Virus record (IMG/VR): IMGVR_UViG_3300010362_000038
Span: 1-43,753 of that record
Strand: one strand, 5' to 3'
DNA: 43,753 nt
Source: a virus
Lineage: Duplodnaviria > Caudoviricetes
Of the stretch, positions 1-8,694 are shown one piece after another. The translations under genes were made by a program, and so were the position numbers. A model generated the notes under the pieces. The model was given only the letters and a program-made list of their open reading frames with translations. It did no database searches and was not told the origin of the DNA. The number at the start of each line of letters is the position of its first letter. Position 1 is the first letter of the stretch.

Positions 1-47
1 GTGCCAGCCGCGTCCGTGAAACTCTCAAAGCCTACGCGAGGGCCTAA

Positions 48-797
48 GTGATGAAAGCTCGAAACCTCTTTATAATCGACTCGGCCACCATGAAGGCCGT
101 TTCCCAAGAGACCATCACCCAGACCGTGGCGGACCTCAAAACTCTCGGCCTCTACAAACTTCCATACAATCGAGTCGCGGTTCGTATGCCTCTCGATGTT
201 TGTTGTGTCACTGCAGATAAACCAGGTTTCTTCGTGGAGAACCTCCAAAAATACAAGGGAGGAGCCCTCGATTTTGTCAAGGACCCGAAAACAGGCCGGT
301 GGCGCTCCAATTTTGGGCCGGATCACTGCGTTGAGTTCCGCAACCTCAATCTCGAGGGCGAACCAACTGAACTGTGGTTCATCCACGAGATTAACACTCC
401 GCGATGGCGGCCCTACGAGTTCCGCGATACTAAGGCTCGATGGGATAACCACGCCGAGGTTGTGTCCGATCTCCTCATCACCCTCTTGGCCACCAAAAAC
501 GCCCTCAAACGCACCCACCACAACACTTTGGCCAACCGCATTCCCTGCAAGCGCCCCGGCTCCACACGGGCCTACGAGTACGTCACCACCATCTCGATCC
601 CATCGGAACTCGAGGACGACACAGAGCACCCACCCACAGGCGGCACAAAGTGCCCCCATCTGCGGCGAGGCCACATACGTCGCCAACACTACGGACCAAA
701 AATGGCATTCATCAAACAAATCTGGATTGAGCCAGTGTTCGTCAACGCAGATCCCACGTTCGTCTCCCACCGCAAAGCATACAACCTAGGAGTCTAA
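48..797 (+). CDS. Phage hypothetical protein with C-terminal HLRRGHxR motif
   Basis: 249 aa ORF; PHLRRGHIRRQHYG...WIEPVFVN motif recurrent in phage early proteins. Confidence 0.75.
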   Translation: MMKARNLFIIDSATMKAVSQETITQTVADLKTLGLYKLPYNRVAVRMPLDVCCVTADKPGFFVENLQKYKGGALDFVKDPKTGRWRSNFGPDHCVEFRNLNLEGEPTELWFIHEINTPRWRPYEFRDTKARWDNHAEVVSDLLITLLATKNALKRTHHNTLANRIPCKRPGSTRAYEYVTTISIPSELEDDTEHPPTGGTKCPHLRRGHIRRQHYGPKMAFIKQIWIEPVFVNADPTFVSHRKAYNLGV

Positions 798-799
798 CA

Positions 800-877
800 A
801 TGACCAGCAAGCGCATCATCGTCAGATTACTCATGCTTGTTCTCTTCCGTATCCACCGTCACCTGAAAGGAGACTAA
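800..877 (+). CDS. Small hypothetical peptide (25 aa)
   Basis: AGGAG RBS before ATG800; MTSKRIIVRLLMLVLFRIHRHLKGD. Confidence 0.4.
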   Translation: MTSKRIIVRLLMLVLFRIHRHLKGD

Positions 878-927
878 ATCGAACGCGTTCTCTCGGGCCA
901 TAACTGAAACCAAAGAGGAGTCGAACC

Positions 928-1167
928 ATGACCATCAGCGTAAACGTCCACCGTATCTGCTCATTTAATGCCACAACCAACGCCTCAACTAAAGAAGATA
1001 CCCACGGTTCCGCTTGGGTAACTATTTATGGCGTTAACCAAGATGGCTCTGACCTCATCGAGGTCACCTTCTTTACCGACGGCAATCAGGCGCTCGCCGA
1101 GCGGATCGCGGCGGCAATCAACAAGGCTCAAAAAGAAATGAACGACGAGGACGAGATTCCATTCTAG
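928..1167 (+). CDS. Hypothetical protein
   Basis: GAGGAG RBS; acidic C-terminus EDEIPF resembling an SSB tail. Confidence 0.7.
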   Translation: MTISVNVHRICSFNATTNASTKEDTHGSAWVTIYGVNQDGSDLIEVTFFTDGNQALAERIAAAINKAQKEMNDEDEIPF

Positions 1168-1231
1168 CAGAGGCTCGTGCCATGCTCGAGCCCGACCGCG
1201 ATCAGCTTATGGACAACTTCATAAGGAGCCA

Positions 1232-1585
1232 ATGATGAACCGAGTCGTGATCTGCAGTCCCTACGCGGCGGGCAACATCGAGGTTAACCTCGAATACGCG
1301 CGGGACGCACTGCGCCACAGCCTGGACCACAGGGAGGCACCATTTGCCTCCCACCTCCTCTACCCACAGGTTGCCGACGACACTAATCCCAGGGAGCGAT
1401 ACCACGCAATGCAGGCGGAATACGAGTGGATCGCCGTCTGCGACATAGTCGCGTTCTATGTGGACCGTGGCTGGTCCCCTGGGATGCTCAAAGAACTCAA
1501 AGTCGCCCGAATGCTCCACAAGGAGACAACCATCAGAACCCTTTGGGGTCTCCACGGAGAACAACCACTGAGGTACCCAATATGA
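1232..1585 (+). CDS. DUF4406-like / nucleoside deoxyribosyltransferase-fold phage protein
   Basis: VVICSPYA...APFASHLLYPQ...CDIVAFY.D.GWSPGM..E pattern; AAGGAG RBS. Confidence 0.7.
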   Translation: MMNRVVICSPYAAGNIEVNLEYARDALRHSLDHREAPFASHLLYPQVADDTNPRERYHAMQAEYEWIAVCDIVAFYVDRGWSPGMLKELKVARMLHKETTIRTLWGLHGEQPLRYPI

Positions 1586-1845
1586 CCACCTTCGACGCCT
1601 TCCGCACCTTCAAGACGTTCGTGGCGGACCTCGAATTCACTGAGGATACCATTGAACTCGATCGCCGCCTCGGAATGGCCGAGCACATCCTGTACAACTG
1701 CCGTCGCGAGATCGATGACGAGTGGCTCGCGGCCCGTGCTAAACGCCGCTCCGCAAGAGCGGTCAAATCGACTAGGATCATCGACCTCAACGATCCTGAG
1801 ATCGCAGAGATCGTAGCCAACTTCATCAGGAGCCAACAGCAATGA
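1582..1845 (+). CDS. Hypothetical protein
   Basis: ATG1582 overlaps upstream stop (ATGA), GAGG RBS; starts MTTFDAF. Confidence 0.7.
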   Translation: MTTFDAFRTFKTFVADLEFTEDTIELDRRLGMAEHILYNCRREIDDEWLAARAKRRSARAVKSTRIIDLNDPEIAEIVANFIRSQQQ

Positions 1846-2045
1846 GCGAGAAATGGACACAGATAATCCAGTTCCGCCTCTACCAGATGCCTTGCTGTGG
1901 CCACAGCCTCTGTTGGGTCAACCCTCGCAAACCCAACTATTGTCCAGAGTGCGGCCAGTTTATCATTCGGCTCATGAAAGAGCACCTCCCTACGATCGAC
2001 GAACCTGCCATTCTCAAGAACCTTCCAGTCAAGGAGAACACCTAA
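1842..2045 (+). CDS. Small zinc-ribbon protein
   Basis: PCCG...YCPECG cysteine pairs; ATGA coupling. Confidence 0.7.
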   Translation: MSEKWTQIIQFRLYQMPCCGHSLCWVNPRKPNYCPECGQFIIRLMKEHLPTIDEPAILKNLPVKENT

Positions 2046-3541
2046 TGCCCAACTATACTCTAGAGAGCGACGACAAAATCCTCGAGGCCACTGAGGAACA
2101 GGAGGCCATCATCGACTTCGTTCTCGGTAATCCGAGAACCAACCTCCTGGTTAATGCCCTCGCGGGCGCGGCCAAGACCAGCACCTTGCGGTTCCTCGCC
2201 AAGTACCTTCCAGTCGAAGACTGTCTCTCAGTGGCGTTCAACAAGCGCATCGCCGACGAGATGTCCAAGGTCCTACCGGACCATGTTAAGTGTGCCACAA
2301 TGAACTCTGTAGGCCATCGCGTTTGGGCTGCAGCCATTGGTAAGCGACTCACGGTCGAGACCAAGAAAAACTACAATCTTGTCAAGGAACTCATCGACAT
2401 ACTCCCGAAACGGGAGCGTAACGAGGCCTACGATATCTTCGGAGACATAACCAAGGCTATCTCTAGGGCCAAACTCTCAGGCTACATCCCCGCCGGAACC
2501 ACAGGCAAGGGCCTTCTCACCGCAGACGAATTCTTCGGTGGACTTGAGGAGGCCCCGGACGACTGGTTCATCGATCTTGTAAACCAGGCCCTCAAGACCG
2601 GTATCAAACAGGCCTACGCAGGTTTGATCGACTTCGACGATCAAATCTATATGCCCACCCTCTTCGGCGGGTCGTTTCCAGTGAACCGACGTGTTATGGT
2701 CGATGAGGCTCAGGACCTCAGCCCTCTCAATCATGCTATGGTACAAAAACTTGTAGGCGCGTCCACTCAGCTCACCGCGGTTGGTGATCCCTGGCAGTCC
2801 ATCTATGCCTTCCGGGGCGCGGACACTAGTTCCATGCCCAAACTCCGTGATACCTTCGACATGCACGAGATGACACTCAGCGTCTCATTCCGCTGTCCCA
2901 TCTCCGTCATCCAGAATGCCCACAAGCGAGTGCCACACATGAAGTGGCCCTCCTGGGCTAAACAGGGCGTCGTTAAGGAACTCCTCGAGTGGGATGCCGC
3001 AAGCATCCCCGACGGCGCGGCCATAATCTGCCGCAACAACGCTCCACTGATGTCGCTGGCGTACATGCTTTTACAAGCAAAGCGCGGAGTCCACATGGTC
3101 GGCACCGACCTCGGACCCCAGCTCGTAAAGGCCCTCAAGAAACTCGGCGGCGGAAACCTCACAATGCCACAGGAGAAAGTCTATGAAGCCATCGACCTTT
3201 GGGAACAAGACAAGCTCCGTCGGAGCCGAAACTCTGACACAGTTACTGATAAGGCTCAATGTTTGCGAGTGTTTGCCGGGTTCGGCAGTACTCTTGGATC
3301 AGCAATCGCATTCTGTGAACATATCTTCGCGGCCCAAGGACCCATACAGCTCCTCAGTGGACATAAGGCTAAAGGGCTGGAATGGAACACTGTTTATCAC
3401 TTGGACCCCCAGCGCATCCCCTCACCCTGGGCAAAAGACGGGGAGGCCCTCGAACAAGAGCTAAATATCCGCTACGTCATCGAAACCCGCTCGAAAGAGG
3501 CACTTTACTTCGTGCGCCTGGAGGACTTCAATGGAGACTAG
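2045..3541 (+). CDS. Superfamily 1 (UvrD/Rep-like) helicase
   Basis: Q motif TEEQ, ALAGAAKT, VAFNK, VDEAQD, VGDPWQSIYAFRGA, SFRC, HKAKGLEW, YVIETRSK; start at ATG2045 after AAGGAG. Confidence 0.92.
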   Translation: MPNYTLESDDKILEATEEQEAIIDFVLGNPRTNLLVNALAGAAKTSTLRFLAKYLPVEDCLSVAFNKRIADEMSKVLPDHVKCATMNSVGHRVWAAAIGKRLTVETKKNYNLVKELIDILPKRERNEAYDIFGDITKAISRAKLSGYIPAGTTGKGLLTADEFFGGLEEAPDDWFIDLVNQALKTGIKQAYAGLIDFDDQIYMPTLFGGSFPVNRRVMVDEAQDLSPLNHAMVQKLVGASTQLTAVGDPWQSIYAFRGADTSSMPKLRDTFDMHEMTLSVSFRCPISVIQNAHKRVPHMKWPSWAKQGVVKELLEWDAASIPDGAAIICRNNAPLMSLAYMLLQAKRGVHMVGTDLGPQLVKALKKLGGGNLTMPQEKVYEAIDLWEQDKLRRSRNSDTVTDKAQCLRVFAGFGSTLGSAIAFCEHIFAAQGPIQLLSGHKAKGLEWNTVYHLDPQRIPSPWAKDGEALEQELNIRYVIETRSKEALYFVRLEDFNGD

Positions 3542-3544
3542 CCA

Positions 3545-3862
3545 ATGAGTTTCAATCGTAGCCCATTCGCCTTCGATGATATCAAGGAGGTCTTCGAGCG
3601 GGCGCTCAACGCTCCAAAAGGCATCCGCATCCAGTGTAAAACTAGGGGCGCAGCCGTCTCGCTGCGTTCCCGCTTCAACTATTGGCGATCACGCAATCGA
3701 GAGGACAATCGAAAAACCTACGAAGCAGATCATCCACTCCACAACAACTCTATCTACGACCGACTAATCCTTCGGATCGGTCCCAAGGGCGACCTCAACG
3801 AGGCCACCCTGTTCATCGAGCATCACACCTCTGAAAACCTACTGATCGAGGAGATCACATGA
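3545..3862 (+). CDS. Hypothetical protein (apparent paralogue of 5157..5384)
   Basis: GGAG RBS; operon-coupled; RAL...GI..C pattern. Confidence 0.75.
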   Translation: MSFNRSPFAFDDIKEVFERALNAPKGIRIQCKTRGAAVSLRSRFNYWRSRNREDNRKTYEADHPLHNNSIYDRLILRIGPKGDLNEATLFIEHHTSENLLIEEIT

Positions 3863-4125
3863 CTCTAGAAGACACCGAAATGACTCCACTGATGAAAGAC
3901 CTCTACAAAAACTCTGAACAGCGCTTCCATACCTTCCTAGAGGATAGCTTCTGGCGCTGTGAGAACCTCAGTACATTCGATACAGTATTCGTAATATGCC
4001 ATCCACCTCTTAAACTCATAACTCAGATTATGATGGTGGCTGGCTTCGATAAAGCCGGAATGATAACCGCAATATCCAGAGTCTGGGATAGAGAAGAAAG
4101 AAAGTTCAAACAAATGAGCAAATAG
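3859..4125 (+). CDS. Hypothetical protein
   Basis: GAGGAG RBS, ATGA overlap. Confidence 0.65.
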   Translation: MTLEDTEMTPLMKDLYKNSEQRFHTFLEDSFWRCENLSTFDTVFVICHPPLKLITQIMMVAGFDKAGMITAISRVWDREERKFKQMSK

Positions 4126-4171
4126 CTATTTGCCCTGGCAAAATAAAATGTGAAGTCCCGGTCGATTGTTA

Positions 4172-4199
4172 TTGACTTCTGTCACGGAATGTGCATAAT
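4172..4199 (+). promoter_or_regulatory. Putative sigma70-type promoter
   Basis: TTGACT-N16-CATAAT in an AT-rich intergenic gap upstream of 4239. Confidence 0.5.
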
Positions 4200-4238
4200 G
4201 AAACCATATCGCGAACTGTCGGTATGACTTGAAAACAC

Positions 4239-4601
4239 ATGAACCTACAACGGCTAAGAAAAATCTTGAGTTATAACCCCTGTAGTGGAGATTTCTTCTG
4301 GAAATCTTCAAAACAGGGACGACAGCTTGGTCGTCCGGCAGGATCGACTGACAAAGATGGCTATCGAAGAATAAGAGTGGATTATACCCTCTATCACGCC
4401 GGACGGCTAGCATGGTTCTATGTCTATGGAAAGTGGCCAAACGAAATAGATCACATTGATAGTGATCCGACTAATAATCGGATATGGAACCTTGCAAATG
4501 GAGACCACAAGGCTAACATGAACAATCCGCTGACTATCGTTAAACTCGCCAAGCCCAAAAGGAGGTACTCAAATGGCGAACAACTCAGGCAGCCAATATG
4601 A
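4239..4601 (+). CDS. HNH homing endonuclease
   Basis: LSYNPCSG..DGYRRI..RLAWFYVYGKWP..IDHIDSDPTNNRIWNL. Confidence 0.9.
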   Translation: MNLQRLRKILSYNPCSGDFFWKSSKQGRQLGRPAGSTDKDGYRRIRVDYTLYHAGRLAWFYVYGKWPNEIDHIDSDPTNNRIWNLANGDHKANMNNPLTIVKLAKPKRRYSNGEQLRQPI

Positions 4602-5088
4602 TCAGATAACCATCCAGGGACAGGTTTTCCGAGTCCCAGTACGTTATTCTGCTGGACATACTCTCACTGAAGGGGAAGCAAGTGCACTCAATCAAACTCT
4701 TCATGAGAATTTAAGAAATAACTTCGCGAAGAAAGTCGTGGAAGGCACTGAGGCTGGTCTCACGATGGAGACCATGCAACAGCAACTCGACGACTACGCG
4801 TCGGACTATCAGTTCGGCGTTCGCACTGGTGGCGGCGGTTTCCGAGGCGATCCGGTCATGACTCTGGCCCTGAACACGGCGCGAGAGATGATCCGCAACG
4901 TCATCAAGACCAAGAAACTCAACGAGGACGACTGGCCAGCCTCCCGTATCTCACAGGCAGCAAAGGCCCTTCTCGACTCACAGGGCGAGGATGGCAAGAT
5001 CATCACCATGGCTCGCAAAACGATCGAGGCCGAACGCGAGGCCGCCAAGGAGGCGATGAACTCCGTTAACGAATTGCTCGGCGCCTAG
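4573..5088 (+). CDS. Hypothetical protein (probably abundant)
   Basis: Strong AAGGAGG RBS; 171 aa; followed by a hairpin. Confidence 0.85.
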   Translation: MANNSGSQYDQITIQGQVFRVPVRYSAGHTLTEGEASALNQTLHENLRNNFAKKVVEGTEAGLTMETMQQQLDDYASDYQFGVRTGGGGFRGDPVMTLALNTAREMIRNVIKTKKLNEDDWPASRISQAAKALLDSQGEDGKIITMARKTIEAEREAAKEAMNSVNELLGA

Positions 5089-5100
5089 CCACGCTGAGCC

Positions 5101-5135
5101 GGAGGGACGGTGGAGGTCAAGCGTGCCGTCCCTCC
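5101..5135 (+). terminator. GC-rich stem-loop after 4573..5088 (terminator or processing site)
   Basis: GGAGGGACGG...CCGTCCCTCC inverted repeat; no U-tract. Confidence 0.45.
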
Positions 5136-5156
5136 CCCACCGACCAGAGGTCGGCA

Positions 5157-5384
5157 ATGGAACTAGTTAAAGAACCCTTGATCAATTTCTGGTACCGAGC
5201 GCTCCACTCAGAGCGCGGTATCGAACTTGTTTGCGCTAGTGCGGAGTCGACTCGCGCCAAACTTTATGCAGCTCGTCGAGAGGCCAAGGACCCAGACCTC
5301 GATCTGATATCCTTGACTATCTCCCCATTCGATCCGCATAAGCTTTGGCTAATTCGAAAGGACCCCACTGATGCGCCGCCGTGA
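5157..5384 (+). CDS. Hypothetical protein
   Basis: GAGG RBS; similar to 3545..3862. Confidence 0.75.
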   Translation: MELVKEPLINFWYRALHSERGIELVCASAESTRAKLYAARREAKDPDLDLISLTISPFDPHKLWLIRKDPTDAPP

Positions 5385-5580
5385 AGATCGCCCCATTCAG
5401 AAGCACACCCTCAATCTCTATGCAGGCGACTATGAGAAACTGCAGGCACTCTACCCAACTCGCATAGGAGCGGCCAAAATAATAAGAGATATCATCCACG
5501 CTCACATTCGACTGATCGAGGAAGACGCCGCACAAAAGCTCCCCAACATCTACGACCTTGATGTGGAGATTGCTCCATGA
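5371..5580 (+). CDS. Putative ribbon-helix-helix-like DNA-binding protein
   Basis: KHTLNLY strand followed by two amphipathic helices. Confidence 0.55.
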   Translation: MRRREDRPIQKHTLNLYAGDYEKLQALYPTRIGAAKIIRDIIHAHIRLIEEDAAQKLPNIYDLDVEIAP

Positions 5581-5765
5581 GCAACGAACTCTCAGAACTT
5601 TTCGACCGTGATCCACTCAAGTTAACCGATCCTGATCTTGAGGTCATTATCAAGCGTATGCGTGAGTCCCAGGCCCAATTCGAACTCGGGGTGAAGCCCA
5701 AGGCTGAGCCAAAACCCAAATCCACTAAGACCCAAAACCTCCTCAAAGAGCTGGGACTCGAATGA
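5577..5765 (+). CDS. Hypothetical protein
   Basis: GGAG RBS; ATGA overlaps at both ends. Confidence 0.75.
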   Translation: MSNELSELFDRDPLKLTDPDLEVIIKRMRESQAQFELGVKPKAEPKPKSTKTQNLLKELGLE

Positions 5766-6724
5766 ACTCGCCATTCATTGAGGGAACAAACTTCCAGTGG
5801 GCTTGGGACTCAACCTCCTTGGGTTGGCTCAAGGAATGTCCCCGCAAGTACCAATATCATATGATCGAGGGCTATTCCGGCCGCGGCGAGTCTGTCCACC
5901 TTGAATTTGGTATCCTCTATCATAGTGCCCTTGAACAATATGAATGTCTCAAAGCTCAGGATTTATCCCACGACGAGGCGATTACAGTAGTTGTCAAAGA
6001 GCTTCTTAAAAATACGTGGCGCGATGGTAAGCCCTGGCGCGCAGCAAAGGACCTCTCAAGCGATGATCGAGCCTCTGTCAAGAACCGTGAGAACCTTATC
6101 CGCAGCGTCATTTGGTATCTCGACAAGTTCGAACAGGACCCTGCGCAAACACGCTTCCATCCGACCACAGGCAACCCTATGGTCGAGCTTCACTTCCAAT
6201 TTGAGATCGACGCTGGTCTCGATATCGATCACCCTTATACTCTTTGCGGCCACCTTGATCGCGTTGTGGACTTTCAGGATCAGCCCTTCGTCATGGATCG
6301 TAAGACAACTACCAGCACTCTTGGATCATATTATTTCGAACAGTACGATCCCGACAACCAAATCTCCCTCTATACCATTGCCTCCAAAGTCGCCTTTCAT
6401 ACGCCTGTAAATGGTGTCATCATAGACGCAGCACAGATCGCGGTGGGCTTCAGTCGCTTCGTTCGCTCGTTTGTATTCAAAACCCAGGATCAGATTGATG
6501 AGTGGCTCAAAGACCTCAAAATCTGGCTCCGCCAAGCCGCGATCTACGCGGAAGCGAACTACTGGCCCCAAAATGACAAGTCGTGCCACAAGTTTGGTGG
6601 CTGCCCGTTTCGGGAAATCTGCTCCAAATCCCCAGGAGTTCGCGATAAATTCCTCGACAGTGCCTTCGAAAGACGACAGTGGAACCCCTTAGTCCCAAGA
6701 GGCGGAGATGCCAGCGCCACGTAA
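5762..6724 (+). CDS. PD-(D/E)xK exonuclease (RecB/Cas4-like)
   Basis: CPRKY, G.L.H..LE, GHLDRV, MDRKTT, QISLY, C-terminal C..FGGCPF..IC. Confidence 0.88.
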   Translation: MNSPFIEGTNFQWAWDSTSLGWLKECPRKYQYHMIEGYSGRGESVHLEFGILYHSALEQYECLKAQDLSHDEAITVVVKELLKNTWRDGKPWRAAKDLSSDDRASVKNRENLIRSVIWYLDKFEQDPAQTRFHPTTGNPMVELHFQFEIDAGLDIDHPYTLCGHLDRVVDFQDQPFVMDRKTTTSTLGSYYFEQYDPDNQISLYTIASKVAFHTPVNGVIIDAAQIAVGFSRFVRSFVFKTQDQIDEWLKDLKIWLRQAAIYAEANYWPQNDKSCHKFGGCPFREICSKSPGVRDKFLDSAFERRQWNPLVPRGGDASAT

Positions 6725-7001
6725 AATAGACATACAGTTCTTCAAAAGAAGATCAAGAACTGGATTAACAGGTTGCTGGAATTGGACAGGAGCTTCGGCC
6801 GCTGGCTATGGACACATACGAATTAACTATGAGTGTAAGATAGCATCAAGAGTGGCCTATGAAACTCTTATAGGCCCAATTCCGGAAGGATTTATAGTAA
6901 GGCACCTCTGTGATAACAGACTCTGTGTACTATTTCTAAATGAAGGAACTTATACAGACAATCTGTTAGACAGATATCATAGAACACAGAGGAGAAGAAA
7001 T
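6708..7001 (+). CDS. Degenerate HNH endonuclease domain, in frame with the downstream ATPase
   Basis: CWNWTG..GYG..RVAY...GPIPEG..VRHLCDNRLCV; lacks the usual NPxHL segment; no stop before ATG7002. Confidence 0.7.
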
Positions 7002-7799
7002 ATGCCAACTCTAAAACTTCATCAGTCTAGTGAGTATACTAAGCTCTTGCTCATGGGAGATTCTAAATCTGGAAAGACAGGTTCTTTAACAAGTCTTGCT
7101 CTGGCCGGATACAAATTACGAGTATTAGATTACGATAACGGATTAGACTCGCTTGCTCAAGCAATCAGAAGAGCCGATCCAAACAAACTCGAGAATGTAG
7201 AATTCCGTACACTTCGAGATAAATTAAAATCATCTCCTGTCGGAAGTATTGTAGATGGAACACCAACAGCTTTCGTAGATGGTCTGAAGATGTTAGATCA
7301 CTGGAAGTATGCCGATATAGATCTAGGCACTCCTCATACGTGGGGTAAGGACTGCATTCTCGTTCTCGACTCATTGACTTTCATGGCGGATGCTGCGTTT
7401 CGCTTCCGTGAACCCCTGGTCCCTCGTTCGCGAGATGGCAAGTATGATGTCCGCGCAGTTTATAAGGACTCTCAAGACGCAATCGAGAATGTTCTCGCAC
7501 TTCTTACATCCGAAAACTTCCGAACTAATGTTATCGTCATTAGTCATGTCCGCTACGTTGACCTGCCTGATGGCCTTAAGAAAGGGTACCCTACCGCAAT
7601 TGGATCAGCCTTATCTCCTCAAATACCGAGGTATTTTAACAGCGTTGCGCTCGCCCAGACGGGTCCTGGAGGTAAACGGCAAATCCAAACCGCTGCGACG
7701 GCGATGATTGACCTGGCCAATCCGGCCTCGTTCAAGATGCTTCCGACGTTGCCAATTGAGACAGGCCTCGCAACATACTTTGAGACGTTACGCTCATGA
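7002..7799 (+). CDS. AAA_24/Sak4-like P-loop ATPase (ssDNA annealing)
   Basis: KLLLMGDSKSGKT, LDYDNG, LVLDSLT, VIVISH; own AGGAG RBS; lies between exonuclease and SSB. Confidence 0.82.
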   Translation: MPTLKLHQSSEYTKLLLMGDSKSGKTGSLTSLALAGYKLRVLDYDNGLDSLAQAIRRADPNKLENVEFRTLRDKLKSSPVGSIVDGTPTAFVDGLKMLDHWKYADIDLGTPHTWGKDCILVLDSLTFMADAAFRFREPLVPRSRDGKYDVRAVYKDSQDAIENVLALLTSENFRTNVIVISHVRYVDLPDGLKKGYPTAIGSALSPQIPRYFNSVALAQTGPGGKRQIQTAATAMIDLANPASFKMLPTLPIETGLATYFETLRS

Positions 7800-8158
7800 C
7801 ACGAAGGTTTGTAGCGAAACGACGACGTAATTACAGCCTCTCCGTAGAAAGGCTAAGAGATATCATGTCTTACGATCCGTGCTCTGGAAAATTATTCTGG
7901 AGAGAAACCGGCAGAGAAGCTGGATATAAAACGAATGGCTACTTGTATATTCAAGTAGAAGGTAGAGGCTATCGAGCACATCGACTCGGATGGTTCTACG
8001 CTTATGGAGAGTGGCCAAATGTTTTAGATCATTTAGACGAGGACAAATCCAATAACAGTCTTTGGAACCTCATCGATGGAACGCATCTCGATAACGCGAG
8101 ACGCTATCACGGGCGTCGAAGACCGGAACGCCCATGGTTCGAAACCCTCCGGTCATAG
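7796..8158 (+). CDS. HNH homing endonuclease
   Basis: MSYDPCSG..NGY..YRAHRLGWFYAYGEWP..LDHLDEDKSNNSLWNL; paralogue of 4239..4601. Confidence 0.9.
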   Translation: MTRRFVAKRRRNYSLSVERLRDIMSYDPCSGKLFWRETGREAGYKTNGYLYIQVEGRGYRAHRLGWFYAYGEWPNVLDHLDEDKSNNSLWNLIDGTHLDNARRYHGRRRPERPWFETLRS

Positions 8159-8172
8159 AGGAGTCGGCCTAA

Positions 8173-8607
8173 ATGGCACTATCGTTCGAAGAGATCATGC
8201 GACGGCCTGCAAGTGAGTTCAAGCCGCCGGAGGCGTTTCCGGTCGGAACTTACCACTGTCTCGTGGATGGTCCACCAGAGGCGGGAAAGTCCTCGCAGAA
8301 GGGCACCGACTATCTGCGGTTCAAGTTCAAGATACTCAAGCCCTATAAGGGTGTTGATGAAGTGCTCGCGGCCGAACTCCAGGTCGTCGGCAAGCAAATC
8401 CAGAACGACTATTACATCACCGAGGGCGCCACGTACCGACTGACCGATCTCCTCAAGGATGATCTTGGGATCGAGGTCGAGGGTAAACCGATGGATCAGG
8501 CCGTCGCTGAGGCACCAGGCAAACAGCTCCTTGTGACACTGAAGCATGAATTATCCCAAGATGGAAAGCGTACCTTCCATCGGGTAGCATCAACTAGTCA
8601 CGTCTAG
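8173..8607 (+). CDS. Putative ssDNA-binding protein (DUF669-like)
   Basis: P.GTY...V......S.KGT.YL.F.F pattern; follows the Sak4-like gene; GAGGAG RBS. Confidence 0.65.
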   Translation: MALSFEEIMRRPASEFKPPEAFPVGTYHCLVDGPPEAGKSSQKGTDYLRFKFKILKPYKGVDEVLAAELQVVGKQIQNDYYITEGATYRLTDLLKDDLGIEVEGKPMDQAVAEAPGKQLLVTLKHELSQDGKRTFHRVASTSHV

Positions 8608-8636
8608 GTTTTCGACTCCCCTGGCGTGGCGGTTGG

Positions 8637-8679
8637 GGCCGGAGAGGAAATCCACATCTCTTCTGCTACCTCTCCGGCC
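8637..8679 (+). terminator. 11-bp perfect stem-loop after the SSB-like gene
   Basis: GGCCGGAGAGG / CCTCTCCGGCC. Confidence 0.45.
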
Positions 8680-8694
8680 TTAAAGGTCGATCCA

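Noticed and set aside
1853-2044. N-terminal extension of the helicase shown in the ORF track
   Set aside because: Overlaps the zinc-ribbon gene; the RBS supports ATG2045.
5762-6724. Cas4 as part of a CRISPR system
   Set aside because: Stand-alone phage exonuclease in a recombination module with a Sak4-like ATPase and SSB.
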